64,000 bases of DNA from a bacterium. Its GTDB lineage: Bacteria; RBG-13-61-14; DATKZS01. A program made the translations under genes and the position numbers. Numbering within the stretch: position 1 is the first letter of the stretch; each line of letters begins with the position of its first letter. This document shows positions 19,769 to 32,900 of the stretch, one piece after another. Location: contig CAXXFL010000007.1 of the NCBI GenBank assembly GCA_963674965.2, positions 160,001 to 224,000 on the forward strand, written 5' to 3'. The notes below the pieces were generated by a model. The model had not been told where the DNA came from, made no database searches, and worked only from the letters and a program-made list of their open reading frames with translations.

Positions 19769-19886
19769 TAACAATAGGCTAACATAGAAAAGGGGTGAGT
19801 TCAACGAAAAATTTACTGATTGGTAATATTTTAACAAAATATTTTCAGCTACTTACATAATTTTGTAAGGCGGTAAATTTCAGGCG

Positions 19887-20402
19887 TTACTTTTTTTCCG
19901 CTTCCAGGGCCTTTTTGCGCTGTTTTACATATCGGCTTCTTTTCATCCTTCCAATATGGTCGATAAAGAGTTTTCCATTCAAATGGTCTATCTCATGCTG
20001 GAGCACTCTGGCCATAAAGCCCTCGGCCGTGACCAAAATATTCTCGCCCTTCAGGTTCTTGGCCTGGACCTTGATTTTCAGGGCCCTTTTGACCTCGGCG
20101 GTGAAATCCGGCACGGAAAGACAGCCCTCTTCCATGGTCTCCGTGTCCTCGTCCATCTCGATTATTCGAGGATTAACTAGCGTTATCAAGTTCTTAGGCT
20201 CGTCCTGTTTGGATATGTCCGCCACCAGGAGCCGCTTGGCCAAACCGATCTGGTTGGCGGCCAGCCCCACTCCCGGGGCATGGTACATGGTCTCGGCCAT
20301 GTCGTCGATCAATTTGAGGATTTCGTCGTTTATTCCCTCCAGGTCCCTGGCCTCCTCCTTAAGGACGGGGTTTGGAAACTCGACGATTTCAAGTATGGCC
20401 AT
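19887..20402 (-). CDS. def: Peptide deformylase
   Basis: GVGLAANQIG, EGCLS, QHEIDHLNG. Confidence 0.98.
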   Translation of the reverse strand: MAILEIVEFPNPVLKEEARDLEGINDEILKLIDDMAETMYHAPGVGLAANQIGLAKRLLVADISKQDEPKNLITLVNPRIIEMDEDTETMEEGCLSVPDFTAEVKRALKIKVQAKNLKGENILVTAEGFMARVLQHEIDHLNGKLFIDHIGRMKRSRYVKQRKKALEAEKK

Positions 20403-20412
20403 AGCACTTCCT

Positions 20413-22902
<2,490 letters not shown>

Positions 22903-22922
22903 TCATGATCGATATATATCCG

Positions 22923-22951
22923 ATTATACCAGAAAAATGGTTTTTTTGCAA
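22923..22951 (-). promoter_or_regulatory. Sigma70 promoter of gyrB-def
   Basis: TTGCAA-N17-TATAAT with a TG extended -10. Confidence 0.75.
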
Positions 22952-23560
22952 GGATTTCCGCGCCTCTAGCCACTGGTTAAACTATTGTTATTTAAGCTTT
23001 TATTCTTTCGCTGAAAATTAGTTCGCCCACCCGTTGGCAAAGGGATGATAACTTCCTCCGGACCGCTCAAATTTCCCGATAATTTGACAAATCATGGAGC
23101 GCTTTTCGCCCCCTTCTTGCACTGAATAACAAGCTGATCGCCGCCCCTTTCAAGTCGTATGAAATCTTTGCATAGACAAAGGCCCTTCCGTGGAGTATTT
23201 ACATGTTTATCATTAATATTCAGTGCCTTACAATTACGGTTCATTCTTTGAACCTGTATTCAATCAACCGATTGTTTAATATAAGTCCCTGTACAGACAA
23301 GAGAAGTTGGAATCATTGTTTTAAAGCCTTATCCGGCCCCGGGCTTTTTTTAAGGGGCTGGCTCGAAAATTGCTTTTTATACTTGTGTTTCCCTTAGAAG
23401 ATGAATATCGCATCTCGATCGACGCAACCTGGACCAGATATTCGAAAACATTGAATCCAGAAAGGAGAAGGTGATGACGGGTAATCCAGTCCACGACGAT
23501 AGTTCATGGCCGAGGTCTTACCGTAATACTATAAACCTTTTAATATGGAAAGGGGCGTGA

Positions 23561-23597
23561 GGTTTGAGGGCCGGGTGGGGAACTCGGCCCTCGAACC
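23561..23597. repeat. 16-bp stem hairpin in the gyrB upstream intergenic region
   Basis: GGTTTGAGGGCCGGGT-GGGGA-ACTCGGCCCTCGAACC, with two G-U pairs. Confidence 0.7.
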
Positions 23598-23868
23598 CAA
23601 CCCAACCGGCTCATTGATTGACAGGGAGAGGGGATGAGGAAGAAGAGGCCAAACCCCGTCCACCAGAACTGACGGCAGAGGTCGGCCCGAAAGAAGGGAT
23701 TTATTTCATCGAACGAGTGAAGCCTTCAAAGAGCAGTGGTATGATCCGCCGGCCCGCCCGGCGGGTGACCAAGCAGGTTTTGCAGAAACCGTCCGGGGCC
23801 CTCGAGGGACGGGAGCTATTTTCCAAGCCGCCTCGGCATTTTTGCGCAAGCTATGCGTACATACCCGT

Positions 23869-25038
23869 TTATTCCCGGTTTCTCCGGCCGCGATTATAAA
23901 GTACGTAAAAAAGTAGAACCATAACTAATACTATAAACGCAATAGCGCCAATCCAAACGGTTTGAGATTTTTCATCGCCGGAGCCGCCACCTGAAGGCGG
24001 TTTGGGTGACCGATCCGTTTTTTTATCCGCATCGGGAGACTTCTCATCGTTCCCGCCGGCTTTTTTCAAACCTTCGGGAGTCGGGGTCTTGTCATCAGGT
24101 TTCTGAGAATCGTCGGGCTTATTGTCATCCTTCGATGATCCATCATTTTTTTCCTTTTTTTTAACCACATCGGCCTCTTTGTCTTTCAAGCAGTCATCTA
24201 ATTCACCTACTCGATTTTTGTGACGAGATCGACTGAACCATCCGCCAAAATCAACTTTTTTATTCTTTGACATTGAGGAGGGACTGCCGCGTCTCTCGTC
24301 AACACTCAACGTTATAAATCCTATTTTTTCTCCATCCGCCCACCAGAGCATGTCATTAAACCAGGTTCTAACCCACTCCCTATTAACTTTTCTTTCCTCT
24401 TTTTTTAGGGCCATTTCATAATAAGCGGGGCGATAGCCATAGGATATCCCATCTATTTCCCCCGCCTTGATAAAGTCGAAATTTAGCGTTTCCTCATCCT
24501 TCATTACCCACTCACCATTAACCACAGCCTCATATTCAGGAAGCGTATTAACGAATAACTTATTAGCAAGTTCACTGGCCTTTGATTGGTCAGATGGTAT
24601 GCCCTTGCCATCTTTTCTTGTTATAATAACGGAAATTAAATTATAGCTTTCTACATGATAGATGCGATAATCGAGCATTTCAAAATGAGTACAAATTTTA
24701 TTTACCTGGTCCCATTCAAGAACAAACGTAATATCGTCCGACAGCCAATCCGGTTTAATCCAATGTTTTATCGATCTGCCATTACGGAAACTCTGCAGAT
24801 AACACGCATTTTCAGGAAGTAGGCTTTCAGCCTCAATATAGTCTGGGAATATACAACGAGACGTGATAATATCTTTGCATTGACTCCCGCATCCCCACTC
24901 GTTCTCAAGTATCTCGAAAAGAGCGGGTTTGAATTCTAGTACCATATCCTCGGCATTCGTCGCGCGAGAAAAGGCAATCGAACATAACTGGATAATAAGA
25001 AGCGGATATAACCATTTTCCAATTTTCGGCAATCTCAT
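23869..25038 (-). CDS. AT-rich hypothetical surface protein (signal peptide, K/D/P-rich linker, C-terminal TM anchor)
   Basis: MRLPKIGKWLYPLLII leader; low-complexity linker; VWIGAIAFIVLVMVLLFYVLY followed by a basic tail; visibly lower GC than neighbours. Confidence 0.75.
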   Translation of the reverse strand: MRLPKIGKWLYPLLIIQLCSIAFSRATNAEDMVLEFKPALFEILENEWGCGSQCKDIITSRCIFPDYIEAESLLPENACYLQSFRNGRSIKHWIKPDWLSDDITFVLEWDQVNKICTHFEMLDYRIYHVESYNLISVIITRKDGKGIPSDQSKASELANKLFVNTLPEYEAVVNGEWVMKDEETLNFDFIKAGEIDGISYGYRPAYYEMALKKEERKVNREWVRTWFNDMLWWADGEKIGFITLSVDERRGSPSSMSKNKKVDFGGWFSRSRHKNRVGELDDCLKDKEADVVKKKEKNDGSSKDDNKPDDSQKPDDKTPTPEGLKKAGGNDEKSPDADKKTDRSPKPPSGGGSGDEKSQTVWIGAIAFIVLVMVLLFYVLYNRGRRNRE

Positions 25039-25284
25039 TTTACAATCCCTCATTAAGGCCATTTTTCAGCCCGTGTTGTCCCGTCGTCATCTATTTTCGG
25101 GTTGCCCCCCAGGCAATAAAAAACCTCCATCCCCGGCCTAGTTTCATCTTCTGGAGACAAATATACCCGACCGTGATTGCAGATTCAAGGTAAAGAACGC
25201 CTCCACGCGTTCCTTATTAATGGCGCGGTACCAAACGCCTTTGCGCTTGAATCCCCGGGGATAAAGATATCAATGTGCAAGATG

Positions 25285-25458
25285 ACAGTTCTGGGCACAG
25301 TGTACTTAATTTTTGAAAATCAACTGGGTTCTTCGACGATGAATATTGATGGAATATTCATAAACGCCTCTCTAGCCGTAAATAAAGGCGAGATAAGTAT
25401 GCTGTCCCCAGATCTGTGCAGATCTGACAGATCTCCCTGTCCCCAGATCTCCAGATCT
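25285..25458. repeat. Imperfect 24-bp inverted repeat pair plus a CAGATCT repeat cluster (REP-like)
   Basis: 25285-25308 versus 25394-25417 (20/24 complementary, plus 2 G-T); five CAGATCT copies and two CTGTCCCCAGATCT copies in 25402-25458. Confidence 0.75.
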
Positions 25459-25560
25459 ACAAAAAAGGGAATCATCCGCTTCGCCCATTACGGATCATCC
25501 ATGGCCGACGTCCCTGAGAACGAGGAGATTCTCGAGATCATCGACCAAATGGAGGATTAG
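25459..25560 (+). pseudogene. C-terminal remnant of an AhpC/TSA peroxiredoxin-like gene
   Basis: KKGIIRFAHYGSSMADVPENEEILEII* resembles the DxxGxIRxxH(Y)G C-terminus of that family. It begins exactly where the repeat cluster ends, and GC content returns to normal there. Confidence 0.55.
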
Positions 25561-25735
25561 GCGGGGCGTCCGTCCGTTATCGGCCCTTAAATAAGTCCTT
25601 AACCGCCTATACCGTCCCTTACCATTTCCCGCCGATTCCCGGGCCGCTTTGCAATTTCCTTCCCCTATGGCATTATTGTAGCCTCATGAACGATCCCCGG
25701 CCGGCGAGTCGATCTCCGGCCGTACGGAGGAGCCG

Positions 25736-26626
25736 ATGATAAGTCAAAACGTGATAATCCAGGACGTGGACGTCGAGCAGTGGCTTAACGTTTTCAAGCT
25801 CGCGGCGGGAAAACTTCCGCCCCGGGAAAAGACCTCGAGGCCCGGGGACGCCGCCGGGAAAAAGAAACGCGGGCGCTCGACGCTCCGGCTCATAGTGGAG
25901 GACGGCCGCTGCCTCAAGGCCTTTCACGGCGAAAAAGGCCCGCTCCGGGATTATAGTCCACTGACGACCGACGACCCCGCGGCCCTGGCCGAGGCCGAGG
26001 GCGTGGGTCGGGTAATCATCATCGAGCGGGGGACCCCCCGGAAAATAATGCACCGCGTACAGTCGGGCCTGACCCTGGACATGAACTTCGGCCAGCAGGC
26101 GCTGCTCATTTACGGCGAGATCAGAAAAGAAATGGGCCAGGGCATCAAAATCCATCCCCGCCCCAAAATGCCCGACGTAAAATACGGCGCCATTAACACG
26201 GCCGTCAAGTTCATGGCCCCTCCCAACGAGCTGATCATGGTCGCGATCTACGACGAAAGCGGCGAAATCAGGGACAGCAGGGGCCTGCCCATCGTCTGGT
26301 CCGGCATCATGAGGCTGGACAAGGACTATAATATCGACCTCCTCAGCACCACCGACAGCCTGGTCTCGGCCGGCCTCAAGGTCTCGGACTGGAAAAAGGA
26401 CTTCGAGTCCATGAACGCGCTGGCCAAAAAGGTCTGGCAATCCAATTTGTTCGCGGCCTACCACCTTCCCCTTACCGCCGTTCCCGAGTTGGTAAAGCGG
26501 GCGAAATCCGGCAATCCCGGCAAAGCCCTGCTCGAGATGAGGAAAGAGAAAAAGATCATCATCGATCCATTCCCCCTTCGTCTCCGGACCCTCCTGAAAA
26601 TGGGCGGGATGATGAAAATAAAATAG
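25736..26626 (+). CDS. Hypothetical cytoplasmic protein
   Basis: 296-aa ORF, SD GGAGGAG, host-like codon usage; no motif recognised. Confidence 0.75.
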   Translation: MISQNVIIQDVDVEQWLNVFKLAAGKLPPREKTSRPGDAAGKKKRGRSTLRLIVEDGRCLKAFHGEKGPLRDYSPLTTDDPAALAEAEGVGRVIIIERGTPRKIMHRVQSGLTLDMNFGQQALLIYGEIRKEMGQGIKIHPRPKMPDVKYGAINTAVKFMAPPNELIMVAIYDESGEIRDSRGLPIVWSGIMRLDKDYNIDLLSTTDSLVSAGLKVSDWKKDFESMNALAKKVWQSNLFAAYHLPLTAVPELVKRAKSGNPGKALLEMRKEKKIIIDPFPLRLRTLLKMGGMMKIK

Positions 26627-26754
26627 GCAAACAATAACGGATGCTTAATCGATCACGGACCCGATCTCGCTCTCCCGATCAAATCCCTGAAGGCCGTCAG
26701 GCATATTATGCATGGCGGTCTTTTATTATCCGCTGAAATCATTATTTTTTTTCC

Positions 26755-26783
26755 TTGAATTCTTTATATCGATCATCTATCTT
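26755..26783 (+). promoter_or_regulatory. Candidate sigma70 promoter for the giant gene
   Basis: TTGAAT-N17-TATCTT preceded by a T-rich UP-like tract. Confidence 0.5.
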
Positions 26784-26940
26784 AACCAAAGCGCGAAAAT
26801 CGTGCCCGCGAGCGAAGGAGCGCCTCTCACGCGACACATGGGAATCATTCCCGATCGAGTAAAATCTTGTCTTTACTCGTCAAGTAAATTTGAGGTAATA
26901 AACGTCTTTTCGAGCCAAGCTTTGTACGGGAGAACGCGTC

Positions 26941-29900
26941 ATGAAAAGAATTTTATCAATCGGTACAACCCTAGCCATCATCCTCCTCGCCATGCTTTCT
27001 TCACCCGCCCGGGCGCAGGACTCCGACGCGGACGGCATGCCCGACGCCTGGGAAAACGCGCATGGATGTCTTCAGGCGGGCACGGCCGACGGCGGAGTGG
27101 ATTACGACTCGGACGGCCTGACCAGCCTGGCCGAGTACCAGTATTCCCCCCAAATGGACCCGTGCTCGGCCGACTCCGACGAGGACGGGAGCGATGACGG
27201 CGACGAGTACTCGTCCGGCTCGAACCCAGCGGACGCCAGGATCGTTCCCGGCTACGTCCGGGAGGGAAGCGAAAAAAGGATCACCTATACCAACTCGGCC
27301 TCTCAGTATCCCTCCCTGCAATGGGCCGATTCCGTGTACGGCCTGTCCTGGACCGACTACTACTCGGGCGTGGCGGAAATCTACCAACGGCGACTCGAGC
27401 TGGATGGGGACACGCTCGGCTACTGGCAGAGAATCTCCTACTACGGCAACGCGGTCCAGTCCAGCCTGGCCTGGTCGGGCTCCGAGTTCGGACTTTCCTG
27501 GAACGATACCGGCGGCGAGATCAAGTTCCTCCGTATCAGCGACGGCGACTCGATAATCGGCTACCCCATAACCGCGGTCATGCATGAGGCGGGCAACGAA
27601 ACTCTTTACCCGGAGCTTGTATGGGCCGACACTCAATACGGCCTGGTCTGGTCTCGCGGTAACGGCCAGTTTCGGCCCATGGGCGCCGACGGCGACACCT
27701 CCTCCTACTCCATCATGGACGTCAGCATCCACGGGGCCCTCAGTCCGCCCTCCATGGTATGGACCGGGTCCGAGTATGGACTGGCCCTGCACGACGACAC
27801 GGGCATAACCTTCCGCCGACTCGATCCCTCGGGAATGGGTCTCAGCATGGCCTACCTGGGCGACTTAGGCCAGAACCCGTCCGCGGCCTGGACCGGCTCC
27901 GAGTTCGGCGTCGTCTGGGACAGGAACGACCTGGACGGACAGGCCGTGTACTTCGCCCGCCTCTCCGCCCAGGGCGCGGTAATCGAGAGCGACATAAGAC
28001 TGACCGATCTCGACCTTTCCTGTTACGACCCTTCCATCGCCTGGAACGGCTCGGTCTACGGCGTGGCCTGGTCCGACTCGGCCATGCCCGCCAACGCGGA
28101 GGTCTATTTCAAAACCATCTCCCTCCAGGGGGAGGACAGGGGAAACGTTTCGGCGGCCTCGACGGGCTTCGACTCGAGCGACTCCCCTACCCTGGCCTGG
28201 AACGGCCACGGCTTCGGGCTGGTCTTCCGGGACCGGCGAGACGCCAATTACGAGATTTACTTCGCGAGCTTCGAGCCCGACGCCGATGGGGACGGACTTA
28301 CCGAGGCCATGGAGTCGGCCCTGGGGACCAGCGCCTCCGACTGGGACAGCGACGGCGACGGCATGGCCGACGGATGGGAATACTACTTCTCCTATTGCGG
28401 CCTTAACGCCAACTCGGTGGACGCCGGCCAGGACCCCGACGGCGACGGCGTGTCGAATATCGACGAACACTCGCTGGGAACCATCCCCTGCGACCCCGAC
28501 ACGGACGACGACATGCTCTGCGACGGCGACACCGGCGTCATGGACGGAGCGACCATCTGCTATCCCGGCGAGGATGTCAACGTCAACGGCGTGATCGATC
28601 CCACCGAGACGGACCCAACCGACCAGGACACGGACGACGACCAGTTGTCCGACTACGAGGAGGTATACTCGCATTCGACCGATCCCCTCGATCCCGACAC
28701 CGACGGCGGCGGCGAACTCGACGGCAAAGAGGTCTTTTTCGCCCGCGACCCCAACGACCCGGCCGACGACTGGGCCGAGATCGACATAGGCGACGGCTCG
28801 GACCTCTGGCATTACCCTCTCGCCGCCTACTACCACGACGCCAGGACCCAGGTCATCTACAAGGCCTCGGAAATCGGGAGGTCGGGAGAGCTTAAGTCCC
28901 TGTCTCTTAACGTGGCGGTCGCGCCGGGAATAATGCTCCAGAACTTCACCGTCCGGGTTAAGCACACTTCCCTCGAGGAGTATCCCGAGACGCCGTCCTG
29001 GGAAGGATGGGACTGGACCACGGTCTATCAGATTAACCAGTACTTCTCGACGGGATGGTACGAAATCTACTTCACCTTCCCTTTCCTTTACAACGGCGTA
29101 GACAACCTTATGATCGACTTCAGCTTCAACAATTCCGAATACGAAACCAACGGCTGGGTCCGGGCCACCAACTCGGGAGACGACCGTTCCCTTTTCTTCC
29201 AGACCGACAGCGGCTACGGCGACCCGCTCATGTGGTCCGACACCGTTTATCCCGTTCCAGGCGTGGAAACCCTCGTGCCCGACGTTAAACTCGTCATCGG
29301 CCCTCCTTCCGACTCCGACGGAGACGGCATGCCCGATTACTGGGAGCGCGTCTACGCGTGCCTCGATTATACCAGCGTCGACGACGAGTCCGACTCCGAT
29401 TACGACGGCCTGACCAACGGCGAGGAATTCGGGGAGTCCACCGACCCCTGCTTCAGCGACACCGATTACGACGGGATTATCGATTACGACGAGGTCTACC
29501 TGTACGGCACCTCCCCCATCAGCCAGGACACGGACGGCGACGGCATGCCCGACGGCTACGAGATATGGGCGGGAGACACCTGCGGGCTCGATCCGACCTA
29601 CGGCGACTCGGCTGAGGACGCCGACTCGGACGGTCTTACCAACCTCGAGGAATACGGCGAGAGCACCGGCGTTTGCGTTCCGGACACCGACGACGACGGA
29701 CTCGAGGACGGAGAGGAGGTTCATACTTACTTCTCCGACCCGCTCAGCTACGACACCGACGGCGACTCGATCGGGGACGGTGACGAAATTCACGTCTACG
29801 GGACCGACCCCAACGACGTGGACTCGGACAACGACTACTTCGATGACGGATACGAGGTCTACTACTCTTTCACGGACCCGGCCGACCCCGACACCGACGG

Positions 29901-32900
29901 CGACGGGCTCGAGGACGGAGAGGAAATGTACTACGCGGCCGATCCCCTCGACCCGGACGTGGACGACGACGGGCTAAGCGACGGCGACGAGATTTTTATC
30001 TGGGACACCGAGCTTTGGGACTGGGACTCGGACGGAGACTCGGTCGGAGACGGGGTCGAGTCGATCCACGGCGCCGACGCCCTCGACTCGGATATTATCC
30101 CGAGCCTTGTCGAGATTGAAGACGACTTCCGAATAAGCTTCAACGGAGCCGTGGGCCTCGCGCCCGACCTGGCGGCCGGAGGAAGCTGGCTCGGCTCGGT
30201 CTGGCAGGACCACCGATACGGAAACGGCGAAATCTATTTCAGGTCCTTCTCCTTCGACGGGGAGACGACCAACCCTACCGTCCGGGTAACCAACGACGCC
30301 GCCGTGAGCCAAGCGCCGGCCATCGCCGCCGACGGCCAGGGGTTCGGACTGGCGTGGATCGACGCGAGGCCCGGCGCGTACCAGACCTATTTCGCCGGCA
30401 TGAGCGAGACGGGGACCAAACTGACGGCAGACGTGAGAATCTCCAGCGGCTCGGGAAACAACTTCGACCCCGACGTGGCCTGGGCCGACTCGGCCTACGC
30501 CGTGGTCTGGGCCGACGGCCGAGGGTCGTCCCTCGAGGTCTACTTCAGGGGAGTCAGCGCCGGAGGCACTTTATTAACCACCGAGATTTCCCTTACGGGA
30601 GGAGACTCGACCGACTCGAAGCAACCCGCCATCGCCTGGACCGGCTCCGAGTTCGGACTGGCCTGGAGCGACCTGCGCGACGGCGGCTCTGAGGAAGTCT
30701 ATTTCGCCCGCGTAAGCCCGAGCGGGACCGTGCTCACCCAAACGAGGATCACCAACATGTGGGGCCCCAGTATAAAGCCCGATCTGGCCTGGGGAGACTC
30801 GTCCTTTGGACTGGTATGGTCCGAATTCGGCGCGGGCGGCAACCAGATAATGTTCCAGCGCGTGACCCAGGTGGGAGACACCATCGGCCCGGCCAGATCG
30901 ATTTCCAGGGAATTCAGCTCCAAGTATACTCCCCGTATTTCATGGGACGGCTATACCTTCGGCGTGACATGGGAGGACCAGAGATACGGAAGCGGCGAGA
31001 TATACGCCATTGCCCTCATCGAGCAGGGATTGCCCGTTTGCGATGAAACCAGAATAACTCACGACATGTACGCCAGCCAGGAGCCGGCCATCGCCTTTGG
31101 AGGAAGCTGGTTCACCGTGGCCTGGGTCGACGCTCGGGACGGGGACAGTCAAATCTACGCCACTCGATTCGACCTGGACCTGGACGGAGACGGCATGGCC
31201 GGACTGGAAGAGATAGAAATTGCCACCGATCCCCTCGACTGGGACTCCGACGACGACGGCATAGGCGACCTCGAGGAAACCGTCTCCGGCGACGACGGCT
31301 ACGTTACCGACCCGCTCGATCCCGACACCGACGACGGAGGGGAGACCGACGGAGACGAGGTCGCGGGCGGCCGAGACCCGCTCGATCCCCTCGACGACGT
31401 GGTCTTGATCCCTCCCATCGGGACCGGCACCGCGAGCTGGTACTATCCGCTCGCCTCCGGATATTACAAGGCCCGCACCCAAACCATTTACTACGCCGAG
31501 GAAATCGGACGATCGGGCAACATCCAAACCCTGTCCCTCAACGTGACCTGGGTACCCGGATCGACCCTTTCCAACTTCACTATCCGCATGAAACACACCG
31601 AGGACTCGGCCTACGCCGAGGAGGACGGCTTCGACCCCTCCGGCTGGCAGACCGTGTTCCAGGATGACGTGACGATATCTCTCGAGGGATGGAACCGCTT
31701 CATCTTCGACTCCGACTTCGCCTACAATGGGTCAGACAATCTTATGGTCGACGTCAGCTTCTCCAATTCCCTGTACTCCGACGACGGCTACGTAAAGACC
31801 TCGAGGGGAGACCAGTACCGAACCGTCTACGCCAGGTGCGACTTCTGCGCGGGCGAGCCCACCGAGTGGGGCGTGTCTCTTTTGCCCGAGCCCAACCGCT
31901 CCAGGAACTATCCCAATATAATGCTCGGCATATCGCTTCCCACCGACGACGACGGCGACGGCCTCCCGAACTTCTGGGAGGACAATTACGCCTGCATGCA
32001 GGGATCGACGCCCGATGAGGGACAGGACCACGACTCCGACCTCCTGACCAACCTCCAGGAATATCAGAACCAGACCGACCCCTGCGAGACGGACACCGAC
32101 TCCGACGACATGGACGACTACTTCGAGGTGGTCAACGCCTGTCTCGATCCCCGCGTCGGCGACTCCCTTTTGGACCCGGACTCCGATGGGCTGGCCAACC
32201 TGGACGAGATGGACAACTCACTCGATCCCTGCGATCCCGACACCGACTCCGACGGCATGACCGACGGCTGGGAGGTCGAGTACGACGCCTGCCTCGATCC
32301 CGCCTCGGGGGACTCCCTCCAAAACCCCGACGGAGATGGGGCCAATAATATCAGCGAGTTCAACAACTCGACCGATCCATGCCTCGACGACGACTCGGAT
32401 GGCGACGGCATGACCGACGCCTGGGAAAACTCCTATTCCTGCATGATGGCCAACACCGTCGATACCAACCCCGACTACGACGGCGAGGGACTCGTGAACC
32501 ACGACGAGTTCCTCTACTCCACCAACCCCTGCAACGTCGACACCGACTCCGACCAGCTTAACGACCTCATGGAGATATTCGTCTACGGCAGCAACCCCAA
32601 CGACGTGGACACCGAGGGCGACGGGCTGATCGACCGCCTCGAGGTACTGACCTACAACTGCGATCCCACCGACGAGGACACCGACGACGACGGGTTGAGC
32701 GACGCCTTCGAGGTCGGAGTCGTCGTCGGCGTGGGCTTCAATGGCGCGCTTAACACCGCCGCCGGAAACGACGACGTTATCCACGATCTGGCCGTCTGGC
32801 TCGGCGCCGATTTATGGCCCGGCACCACCGCCGCGGGGGACGACCTCCAGGTGATTCCCCGCTTCCTTCCCTACCCGAGGCTGTTCATTACCGATCCCGA

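Noticed and set aside
23552-23665. tRNA/tmRNA-like element (GGGGCG...CCACCA)
   Set aside because: No T-loop (GTTCRA), a mismatched acceptor stem and no cloverleaf.
25402-25458. CRISPR array
   Set aside because: Repeats are 7-14 nt with irregular, very short spacing; no cas genes.
25177-25560. 127-aa ORF as an intact gene
   Set aside because: It reads through the inverted repeats and stutter; only the last ~33 codons look protein-like.
26805-26835. Glycine riboswitch (CGAAGGAG...CTCTCA)
   Set aside because: Upstream GGAGA element and surrounding stems are missing; gene context does not fit.
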